Source: a virus
Lineage: Duplodnaviria; Caudoviricetes
Virus record (IMG/VR): IMGVR_UViG_3300009702_000031
Location: 1-55,152 of that record
Strand: one strand, 5' to 3'
Length of the DNA stretch: 55,152 nt
Both the position numbers and the translations under genes were made by a program. Below, one piece after another: positions 41,901 through 53,900 of the stretch. The first letter of the stretch is position 1. The number at the start of each line of letters is the position of its first letter. The notes below the pieces were generated by a model. The model was not told the origin of the DNA. It searched no databases and saw nothing but the letters and a program-made list of their open reading frames with translations.

Positions 41901-44900
41901 GTGGTGAAGATTTAGTTACTTCACAGACAATTAATAAAATGCCCGGACTAATTGTGAAGAAAGTAAGGTCAGCCAGAGCAGGCGGTGATCCTGCTGTTAT
42001 ACAGAAGCTACAAAAAACATTTGAACGTCTATTGGGTGAACCATTTGATGCTACTAAAGGATCTATGCAAGGGTTTGGTAATGCTTTAGATAAGCTTGTG
42101 GGACCTATGGCAGATGTTCAAAAGAACATTACTTTAAAACAAGCAGTTGTAAAAGCTAAGAAAGCGGCTGCTATTCTAAATAAGCCTGAGACACTTAGTG
42201 ATGAAGATAAGGCTTTTTTGGATGAATTTAGGAAAATATCGTCTGTATCAAAATTGGGAAGGCAGCAAAATTTTGATATAAAGACAAGAAAAGGCCTTAG
42301 AAGTACAACAGAAAAATTTTTGTTGTTTAATAAAAAAGCTGCCGCAACACCTACTTATTTAGATAAAATTTCAGAAAATAAAAAAGCAGTAGCAGAAATG
42401 GCCAAGGATTTTGGTATTAAATCTGAATTAGGCCTTAATTTAGAAGCTGAGTATAAACGTAGATAGGAATTATTGGAAAAAGCCAAGGTAGATTATTATA
42501 AAGAATTAGCAGAGAAGTCTCTTGGTAAGAAGGGCGCAGTAGCAGAAGTATTGTTTACTAGAAGGGTTCCTGCCCAATTAGGAAAAGCCATTACAGCCAC
42601 AGTAGATAAAACTAAAGAACTTAATAAATTTAAGGATTTCTTGTCAGGATTTTATAAAAAATCTGAGGAATTAGTTGGGCCAGATTTAGCTAAACAATTA
42701 GGCTCAGAGGAAGAATATGTGTCTTTATATAAAGATGTAAGCGATATTTCAGCTAAACACAATAAAATAATACAGGCATATATAAAGAAGAATATTCCTG
42801 TATTGAAGCAGACAGAGTTGGGTCTGCCGGCTTACGCTGCTAAAAATCTTCCTGTAGAATTTACTAAGAAATATCGAATAGAAAAAAAGGGATTAGTAAG
42901 TGAAATACCAACTGAATCACAGACTACTACTAAGGGTAGTTTATTTGATTTATTGTCATACAAACGCAAACTTGAGAAATCTAGAAAAATAACTACACCA
43001 GATAAAGTAACTGGAGCCAAAGGTAAAGATGTATCTGATGATATACAAAAGTATATTGATAATGATTTAGTACCGTATATAGAGAGTGTTCGTTTCCCAT
43101 TCACTGGCACATCTAGTGTTCAACCATACAAACCTAAACTATTACCAGCTATTAAGGGTCACGGTGGAGTGGACATGACTAAACACATACTAGCGGTGCC
43201 TAGTATACCAGAATTTGGTCAGGGAGGTCTGGAAGAATTTGATAAAGTAATTAGCACACTTAAAGATAAATTAGCTAAGGCCAAAGATCTTCGTGAAGAA
43301 GCTTACAATGTAGGTGATAAAGATAAGGCTGGTAAACTTACTAAACTTATTGATGATCTTAATCATGCTATTTCTGCTGTAATACCCAAATATACCGCTG
43401 TACAACAGAAGTTAGATTTTGATGGTGATGCCATTGAAGTACACACCGCCATTACTTCTAAAGCTAGAAAAGACATAAAAAAACATTTTGACAGTTTAGC
43501 AAAAGATGTAGATAGTACTTCTGCTGTATTTAGAGATGCTTTTACTTATGATGAAACTTTAAAGGGAGCTACTGGTAGTAAATATACTTTAGCAGATATG
43601 ACCGCTGCATTCGAAAAAAAATTCCCTTCTGAAAAGGGTTTCGAGTTTATGAAGAAGCCGTTTTTGACAAAAGATTTAAAGTATATGAAACCAGAAAAGC
43701 AATTACAAGTATTGGCTACACAGTTGGGCGGTGATGTAGATACGGTATTAAATGATATCATAGAGAAAAGTGTTATAGGATATGGAAAAGGGGGAGTTTC
43801 TAATAAAGACATATTAAGAGACGAATTAGCTAAGGTAACAAAGACAGAGGACGCCGCACAGTATTCTAAAGCATTATTAGAGGCCATTCGTAAGTTAGAT
43901 GCGTCTATTTCAAAGAAAACTGGTAATCCAAGTAAACTTACTGAAATGGTAACTGGTGGTTTGGCTAATAGTTTATTTGAATCTAAGTTTAAAGACGCCA
44001 TTGAAGCTCAATTATTTAAGATTCACACCGGACCAGAAACAGAAGCTATGACTAGAATACAAAGAATAGCGGGTGTTAGAAAAGACTATCCTACTGGGCC
44101 GCTAGCATCAAAAGCAGGCGTAAATTTTAAAAGAGAAGCAGAAACACAAATGAATGAGTTGCTTAGGTTTGCTCTTCAAAAAGGCATGGATGTAAAGCAT
44201 GCTGGCGCAGGGACAGTTGCTGGTGATATTACTAAGGGTTTAACCACTGGTAAAACAGGATTAAAAGACTTGTTTAAAAAAATAGGTTTAGAAGGTGGAG
44301 AGGGGACTAAGGATTTTGCGGATTTAAAATATTTTGCTGAATTGAATGCTAAAGCAATTAGAGGTCAAGTAGGGAAACTTACTAATGAAGAGGTAATGAA
44401 GCAGGCACAAGCTTTATCAGGAGGCAGTACAGAGCTTCCTGAAAATAGAGCTGCTCTTGTTCAAATTATAGTAGATAAATTAGGGTTCAAAGGCTTTTTA
44501 GAAGGGTTACAAAAACAAATTGAAGAGGAAGTATATAAAGGGATTATAAAAGAAGTAAAGAGTAGTGGACGTAATCTAAAAGGTAAAACACCAGAAGAAT
44601 ATGCTAAAAATGTTATGGCCAACGAGATTGCTGGAGGAGGTCTTAATTTAAATAGATATTTTACCAAACAACTTACACCTTTGTATACTTTAAGGAATGC
44701 TAGTGCTACTGGGGCTGGGCAACTTAGTGCTCTTGGTGAAAAAAACTTTGAGCAGTTTAAGCCAGCTTTGCCAGAGGGAAGTCGTTTTAAAGATAAAGAG
44801 GGTAAGCTAAAGGATACTTTTGAAAAGAAACAATATGATAAATACTATAGACGATATAAAATAGCAGCAGCTACTGCACAAAGCGTTAGAGAAAAAATAG

Positions 44901-47900
44901 GTAGTTTTGGTACAGAGGGACTTACTGGACCATTTGCAGATATGGCTAGTAGTGCTATGGATTCTTTACATGCTGAACAAGATAAGATTAATAAGATAGT
45001 TGAAAGTATAGATAAAACCTCTTATAGTAAAGTTAACAAAGATGTAGGTAATTTAGCCAATCGTATTATCAATAAGGAAGGTATACCGGATTTTGCAAAA
45101 AACTTGTTTTATGGTAAGGGGTCATTAACTCCAGGATTTTTGAAAAACATGGAAAAGCAAGTATCTAGTTTATCTGATTTGGCTGGGATGCCTAAATTGG
45201 GTATAACGGAGCGTAGGGATGTAGAACGAACTGCAGTTTCTAAATTTGCGCCTATTCTTAGAAAACAAATTCCGGAATTAGACGAGAATCAAATAAAGGA
45301 TTTTTCTGAAAAACTATCTAGAAAAGCAGTAGCATTATATAAATTAGATAAAGCTATAAACGCTTTCTTTCAAAAGGCAGCTTCTGGTAAAGATTTGGTA
45401 GCTATGGTACCAAGTTTTGATTATAGAAAATCAGCCGCTGCTACTGGAAGGCCATCATTGGAAGCAGCCAGAAGTTTAGATAGCCTTAGAAGGATGCGAG
45501 AGGCAGCAAATGCTGAGCTAAAATTTGGTACTGGAAAAACTAGTATTGGCTCGTCTAGCCAAGATTTAAAAGAGTCGATAGATAGAATAGGCGGCGGTTC
45601 TGGAGGAGCAGGAGGAACTGGTGGGCCAGGGGGTTTTGCTCTATCTTCTGGTGGAGGAGCTGTTCCTGTATTTATAGTAGGAGTCGCGGAAAATGTTGGT
45701 AACATCTTATTTACTGGAGGCGGCGGTCAGCAAGTAACACCACCATCTGGGTTAGTAGATAAAGGGTATGATGTTGAGAAACTTAGACGTTTAGCAGCAA
45801 AAGCATCAGGTGGTATAAACGAAGCACAAGGTTCTGATTTTGGTAAGATATTTAGAGCTAGCGCTTTTCATGGAGGTGGCCCATATTTAGGTACGGAGAC
45901 TACTAGGACGCCTGCTGATTTTGATAATATTGCGAGAATGAATAGGCTACAACAGAAAGCTCTCACAAGAACTATGATGGGTGTCAAAGAAGGTAGTAAT
46001 AATATACTAGATTCCTCAGCAATTCTTGGTACAGGTTTACATTCTAAAATAGAAAAATACATGAAGAGCATTTATGGTGATAAAGCAGAGTTTGAAAAGG
46101 CTATAGAAGTACAGAATAAAGATATCGGAACTATAACTGGTCATATTGATGCTGTGCTTAAAGAAGGGGATAAATATAAAAAGGTAATCGATGTTAAAAC
46201 AGTTTCTAAGTCTAGAGTAAAAGATATAGGTAATGCCATTAAGTCTACAGGAAGTGCTAGGTATGAAGATATAAAAACAAAGGTTAAGGATTACGAAAGT
46301 AGACGTAAGTTAGAAGAAGTTGCTTCCCAGTTGAATGTTTATTTAAAAGCTTTAGGGACTGATATGGAAGCTGAAGCTCACTTTTATAATAGATTTAAAC
46401 CAGAAGAAGGACCAACTATAGTTAAATTTAAATTTGACCCAGAACGTTATAAAAGAGACATTGCTAATATAAAGAAGGCAAGAGAGGCTATTATTAAGTC
46501 AGGTGGTAAGTTTGCTAAGACAGCTTCATTAGATGAAATACGTAAGGCTAAGCCAGAAGAGCTTAGTGGTTCAGAGGAAGATTATTTAATAAATGCTGGA
46601 AAAGCCTATTTTATTGATGCTATTAAAGAAGCCAATGCTTCTTCCAGAAAGGGTAGTGCACCTAGAAAGGAAAGCGAACGGGCAAGAGCTTATGCTGAAA
46701 TATTAAGGCAACAAAATGAGGCTCTTCGTGGAGGCCGTGTTGCTGATCGCATAGAAAGACTGGTTCCTCCATCCGTCACTCCCGGTGTAGGCTATGATGT
46801 ACAGTATGAGAATCTAAGGAAATTACACGGAATTTCCAAAGCTTACCAACAACAGGGCGGTATTGAGTTGTCCCAGTTTGGACTTAAAGGAATGCATCCT
46901 GAGATAGCTAAAGCGTTAACTGAAATACCAAAGACAGGACCCACTGGTCCAGAATTTGCTGATTTGGTTGATAAGCTTAAAAGTGTAGGGGCTATTGAGG
47001 GACCAGAAGTTTTTAAAGCATGGAAGCTTTATAAAATTGCTGTGGGCGATTTTTATTTAAAAGAAATGGATAAAGCTCAAAAAGAAGCAGAAGAATTTAA
47101 AAAAGCAGGTAAACCTAGTGAAGAACAAGCTGCTTATAGCACATTTAGAAAACGTTTGAGTCAAATGCAGGGGTATATTAAGCAGAACTTAGGTAAACCT
47201 ACTGATATTTACACACAAAATAGGCGTTATTTATATCCAGGACTTGCACAGGGTGCGGGGGTGTATGCAAGCCCAGAAGAAATAATAAAGAATTCCACAG
47301 GACCTCTAGGTGATGATCCAGTTCTTATGAGATCTTTTAACAAAATTATTGGTGATCTAAAAGGCGGCGAAAAAATGGCGCCACCAGTTGTTAAGGCTAG
47401 AGAAGCTCTTCGTAGCATGGGTAAATTAGATAAAAATGTGGTAAATTTACTTACTGACGCTGAGCAATTAAAGCGTGTTGGACCAGACGTGCTTGAGGCT
47501 TGGGATTTTAGTAAAATAATTGGTAATATAAGTAGATTGAGAGAGGCATTACAGCTGTTTTCTAAAGCGCACCTAACAGAAGATTACAATGCACCGCAAC
47601 GAAAAAATCTAGAATTGACAATCAAACTTCTTTCAAATATAGAAAATAAGTATTCTGCCATTGCCGATAGAGCTAAAAAAACTTCTGGTGAGTGGGGGGA
47701 TATAGGTTTATTGCCTGTTCCTAAATTTGAAACACCTAAAATACAAGCAGCTATGCATGAGACAAATATTCAAAAGCTACGTAAGTACTTTGAAAAGCCG
47801 GAGGAGTTGGGTGGTCCAAAAATAGGAGAAAGATATACCTACCTCAAAAAAATAACAGATGATCTAGGTAATGTTATTAGTAATACAGCCGTTGATTTCA

Positions 47901-50900
47901 AAAAGCAGGGTGATGCTGTAGATAAATTGGGTCAGAAATATGGAGTATTTTCTGAAAAACAACGTGATCTTATAGAATTTGGTCAGGGATATAATAGAAC
48001 GATGAGTTCTGCTATTGGAAGGGCTGCTAGATGGGGTGCTGCTTCTACAATTGTATATGGCGGTTTTAGAAAACTTACCGATGCAGTTAGATTGATGGGC
48101 GATGTAGAGACAGGTATGGCTCAGATAAAAATGGTCATGAATACTAATACTACTGATTTTGGTAAAATGGAAAAAGCAGCTATTGGAATGGCAAAGGGGT
48201 ATGGAGTTCCAGTGAAGGAAGTATTGGGTGGTATGCGTGTTTTTGCACAACAAGGTTTAAAACTAGAGGATGTTTTAGATAGAACTAGAACTGCTACATT
48301 AGCAGCTAATGTTACTACGCTTAATGCTAAAGATGCTACAGAAGCCCTTACTGCTGCTACAAAAGTATATGGTAAGGAGGGACAAAGCACTGTTAGGTTT
48401 TTGGATTCATGGAGCGAAGTAGAATCTAGGCACGCTATTACTGCTGGAGATATGGCGGATGCTATTAAAAAATCTGCTTCGGCTGCTAAAAATGCTGGTT
48501 TCACATTTGATCAGTTGAATGGCATTATTGCAGCAATTGGCTCCACTACTAGACAGTCTGGTAAAGAAATTGGTACTTCTATGAGATTTATTTTTAGAAG
48601 ACTAACTAGTGCCAAAGCTCCTAAAGAATTAGCAAAGATAGGAATTCCAGTAGTAACTGGTACTGGAGAACTTAGGAAAGGGTTTAATGTATTAGATGAT
48701 CTATCTAAAAAATGGAATACTCTTTCTAGGGCTCAAAAGATGAATATAGCACAAGCTGTTGGTGGCACTAGACAGTATAACTCATTATTGGTGTTAATGG
48801 ATAATTGGAATGAGGCATTAAGTGCTATTGAACATAGCACTGATTCTAAGGGTTCTGCGGAACGACGTAATATAGAAGTAATGAAAACCTATCAGAAGCA
48901 GTTAGAGCAGGTAAAACAGACGGCTGCTGAAACTAGTATACAATTCGGTAAGATATTTTTACCAGTAGCTAAGATAGGTCTTAAAGGTATAAAGGGTTTT
49001 CTTGAAATAATAAATAGTATTCCATCAAGTTTTAAGCTAGTAGCCGGTGCCGCTGTTGCAATGATTGCATATTTAGCTAAGGGTAACAAGATTATTCAAA
49101 CTTTGGTAGACCATTTCAGATCAGGTAAAGCTGCATTCAGTGGGTTCTATAATACTATTTCAAAAAGTGTTAAAGTTGGTTTATTTGAAGCGTTGGGGGT
49201 TGGTGATAAGAAAACAGACCCCATTTTAAAAAACCTCCATACTGTTGGAGATGTTATTACAGACATTAACAAAAAAACTAAAGGGTTAACTCTAAAAAAC
49301 TTTCATAGTTCTTTGGGTAAAACTGCTTTTATTATTAATGAGGTAGCTAAGTCATACAATAAACTTTTAGGTGGTACTGTCAAGGGTGTTGGATCGGGGA
49401 TTAGTAAAGTAGGTTCGGGTGTAAAAAAGACGGGTGACTTTATTTCTACTGGTTTTGGTGTGTCTGGTATGGTGAAAGATTTACAGGGGTTTGCCAAAAG
49501 AAAAGGTTTTGGTTACAAAGATACCATTAAGATGATGGAAAAAGATGCTATGGAGGGTGTAGCTAAGGTAGAAATGGGTGCGTTTACCATAGGCGCAGAA
49601 TTAATGGGTCAGGCTACTTCCTTAGTAGGTACCTTTATAAAAGCTATTGGTGACAAAATAGGTGGTTTAGGCGGCGCATTTATAAAGAGTTTTGCTGCTG
49701 AAAACACTGGTTTAGTAAAAGCAATTGCTCCTCTAGCAGTTACTATGGTTGCAATGTACCCTGCTGTTAAAGGAGTAACTCACTATTTTAAAAAAATGAG
49801 TATGTCAGCAAAGGATTATGCGAATTCGGTTTATGCGTCTTATAGAACTAATAGTGAAGAACTTGATTCTTTAAAAGGTATTAGCAATGAGTATAAGCAT
49901 ATAAATAAATTAGTGTCAGAAGCTAATTTAGCTCGTCGTCCAGATATTAAAAAAACAAGAATGTCTTTAGATAGTTATAAATCACCTTTGACTACTATGA
50001 TTAGGTACAAAAAAAGACCGTGGACATTACTAATAAATTAGCAGATAAAAACGCTAATTATGTAATAGGTTATGATAAATTAGGTAATGCGGTTATTAAA
50101 GCCACTGGCAACCTGGAAGATTATATAAAAGTTCTTCAGAAGGTACAATCTAACAGAGGATTAGAAACTTCTTTAGATGTGGTTAAAAAATATGTACATG
50201 ATCTGACTGAAACTGGTGGTTTTGAGAATACTAAAAAGATATGGAAGGATTTGATCAGTGAGGTCCCTCTGGTGGGTAAACAACTTGCTAAAGGGATAAA
50301 ATTAGCACCGGCTAAGATATTAGACGCTGCCACTACTAAATTAAATAAATTATTAGCAGCTAAACGTAAATACCCTTTATCTACTGCATTTGATGCTGAT
50401 ATAGAACGCCTTAAGAAAAAGGTTAAGAAGGGGAGAGAAGTATATCAGGAAACTTATAGAGGCCTTCAAAGTGTACTTAAAAATAAATTAAACTTTACTG
50501 GTCTAAGTTCTAAAGAAATAGAGAAATATTTAAGTTCAGATGTGTTCACTAAGGCCTATGAAGTAGCTGTGAAAGTGGAACCAAAATTTCAGGTAAAGGG
50601 ACTTAAAGGAAAAGTTAGTGCTGTTGATGTACAGGGGTCTGAAATAATGAAGGCTTTACATCCTGAAATGAAAGGATTTTTAGAGGCTAGGAAGACACTT
50701 TCAGTAGCAAATTTGGAATCTGCTAATATAGGTGCTAGAACGCCGGTTGAAAAAGGTAAAGATAAGGGTAAGATTTTAGCGAGGACTGGTGATTTAGTCA
50801 CTTTAACCTCTTACGGTGAACAGCGTCTTAATGCTGCTGGTGGACAAGCAAGGTTGAGTCTTAAAAAAAGAGTAGATGGAACAATGGCATGGTATATAGA

Positions 50901-53900
50901 CTATTTTAATACTAAGACCAAGTCTATGACGTCTAGGTTGTATGATGTGGATGTACAAAAGATGACAGAAGCCATTTTCCCAACAAATAAGGTACAAGCA
51001 GATTTACAGGAGCGCATTGATGGTCTAACTGAATTTGTTGCAGGAGCGTCGGCAGGACTTAGAGGAGTCACGGAAAAACAATTTAAACGTGAGTTTTCTT
51101 TAGGAGAAAGATTCTATAGTGACATACCAACTAGCACACTTCTTCAGACTTCCAAGGGGTTTGAAAATAGGCCTAACGCAGCTGGAGGCCTTTCTCCATT
51201 TTATGGTGAACTTCCTTCCAAGAATTATTTTACAAAGATCATGACAGAATATAAAGACTTGTCTACGCAACGTAGTAACCTAATTAAATCTCTACAAAAA
51301 AGGCAATTATCAGGTTTAGGGCCTGAAGCTAGTGCTGCTGCTAAAAGTACTTATAAAGAGATAACAAAAATTAATACGGAATTAAAAAATACACAGGTAA
51401 TAGTTCAATATATGGCAGTTCTAGCAGATTTAAATAAAACATTTGAGGCCGGTACAAGAACGCTTCAAGAAAATATTGCTATGGAGAGTAGTAGGCAGAA
51501 AATAGAAAAAGAAACTGCTGGTTATATGCAGGGGGTTACTAAGGGGCTTGATTCTATAAACTTAGGGGTTAGGAAATTTAGTGATCTTAGCCCTTTACAA
51601 AGATTATTAAGAGAAAATCCTGAGGCTAGAGCAACAGCGTCTGGCATAAGAATGGATCAAATAAGAAAAAGAGCCGCTGCTGAAAATGTTTATAGCGCTG
51701 ATAAAGCTCTTGCAGCGATTAATAGTATAGAAAATGTAGCTAAAGGATTTGGAGCACAGTTAACTCCAGAACAACAGAAAGAATATGTTAAAACAGTAGC
51801 AGCTACTAGTGATAAAGGCTTTAGTACTTTAAAAATAGATACTAAGACCATAGCACAGAACACAGCAGCTACCGTATCTGTACTGGAGAAAGTGTCAAGT
51901 GGAATAGAAGAGCTTATTAGTAAGTTTACTGATCCAGAGAAGGCTATGGATAGGATGATGGAAAAGTATAATAAAAATGTTGCTAAAGGTTCTTTTGCAG
52001 GTGTAGGGCTCAGACTTCGTAAATGGGGGCCGGTTCCGATAGGTGCTGGGGTCAGAGTAGCTTTAGGAAAGAATCGAGTTAAAGCTGAATTTACAGCTGG
52101 GGCTATACAGAAGCTTACTAAATACAGTGACAAGATGCTACAACGTGGTAACATTGAAGGTGTCAAGAAGGCGGAAGCCAACATTAATAAATTGTCCAGA
52201 GATTTAATTAAATATAGTGGCGGTAACCTTGCTAAAGCAAAAGCCACTTTAATGACTCATAATAATCTTTTTGGGCCAAACATTGGACCAGAAGAAATGG
52301 TACAACGTGTGTATAAGGGAATTAGTCCTGAAAATTTTTTTAAGGCGTTTTCGGAGGAAGTGGATAAAATTAACGCGAAAAAGCCTGACTATAAGATAAA
52401 TCCTAAGTATTCGTCTATTTTTAGACCGCTTCCACTTTCTCCTGATAAGATATTCGTTCGAAATGATAAGACTCCACTTAAAGATAGATCTGAATATAAA
52501 AAGTATTTAAAAATACAAGAAGAATCTAAGAAACCTTTAGGTGAAACCGCAAAGAATATATTGAAATTACATGCTGCTACAGTAGTATATTCTACTTTTC
52601 AAAAGCGCGCTTCAAGTAAAACGTTAGATGTATTAAATGAGCAAAAAAAGAACTTAGAGAATCAATTAAAAGTCGGTGCTGCAACGTTAAATGAGACTAA
52701 AAAAGCTCAAATAGGTAAAAGATTAGCTGCTACAGAACGTGCTATACAAGAAGAAAAAAAATCATTTGAGTTAGCTAGGACAATACAGGTAGGTGCTGCA
52801 ACTAGTGGTACTGCTATGGGAGTGGCTAGAAAACTAGGGATGTCTTCTATTGCGCAATTAGGCGTTGGTGGTACTGCCTTAAGTGTGTATGGTGCTGTTA
52901 AACTATATAAAACTCTTGGAAATAAATTACCACAATCATTAGATAAATTAGATAAAAAAATTGAGGAAACATATCAAGAACGTTTAAAAAAGAAGGCGGC
53001 CGGAGAATCAACTAGCGGGGCGGATGTAAAATTAGCTGGATTATTTAGGACATTTTCTTCAAAAGCTAAAGAGTATGCCCAGAGTAAGACAGGCGTTGAT
53101 ACTGAAGAGATAGCCAAAAAAACTGCCATTGAACTAGCTAAAGTTAATAATATGTCTGAGGAAGAATTGAATAAAAGATATGAGAAGATTAGAAGTAAGG
53201 CTAAATTACAGGCTGGTGGAGGGCACCCAATACTTGCTGCTATTTTAGCAGGCGGAGCAGCTACAGGTGCTGGTTATCTAGCTGGTAGAGATGATTTAGA
53301 TACTCAAATAGCAGATAGGTCTCGACAAGCTGAGAAACAAATGAAGGCTTTAATGGAGTTAGAAAAAAAGTATCCTAAAGTATTTAAGAGAGCTTTGTAT
53401 AGAACAGTTGGCGGTACAGAAACAGAAGTTACTGCTATAAATAAGGGCGCAAAAGAAGTTACACGTACGGTACCAGCAACATCATCTCCACAAGAATATA
53501 AGAAAAGGGTAGAGGCAACAATTAAACAAAATAGACAATTGTATATGGACCAGATTAAAAAATTGTCGGAAGATGAGTCCTTGAAGAAACAACAGCTTGC
53601 GAAGGACGAAGCTATAAGAGCAAAACGTGATCAAGATGATCTTTTTGCTAGAGAGTTACGTATACGTAAAATACAAGAAGATACTGTAGCTAAATATAGA
53701 TTTAGTAAAGCAACTGGGCTAAAAGGATTTGTTGGTGCCGCTCCTACTGCTAAATTAGATAGGGAGTTACCGTTACAACAACGCATGTATAAGGATGCTA
53801 CTAGCGGTGTTAAAGATGCGCTTACTTATTCTAAACAACTTCAAGACGATATTAATAAGACATCGGAGTATTTATCTAGAACGGTAGCTGAGCAAGCAAC

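Noticed and set aside
39650-44210. Chimeric bacterial rpoB/rpoC fragment
   Set aside because: Only motif-level similarity with large unrelated inserts. Composition is continuous with the flanks and the DFDGD half is in the same ORF as the tape-measure domain. Read mapping would still be the definitive test.
45850-46500. CRISPR-Cas system (Cas4)
   Set aside because: No Fe-S cysteine cluster, no other cas genes, and no repeat-spacer array seen in the window.
36511-52247. Numerous minus-strand ORFs (e.g. 36511..37245, 43546..44001, 51690..52247)
   Set aside because: Antisense shadows of the long + strand frame; S/L/F-rich, with no RBS or recognisable motifs.
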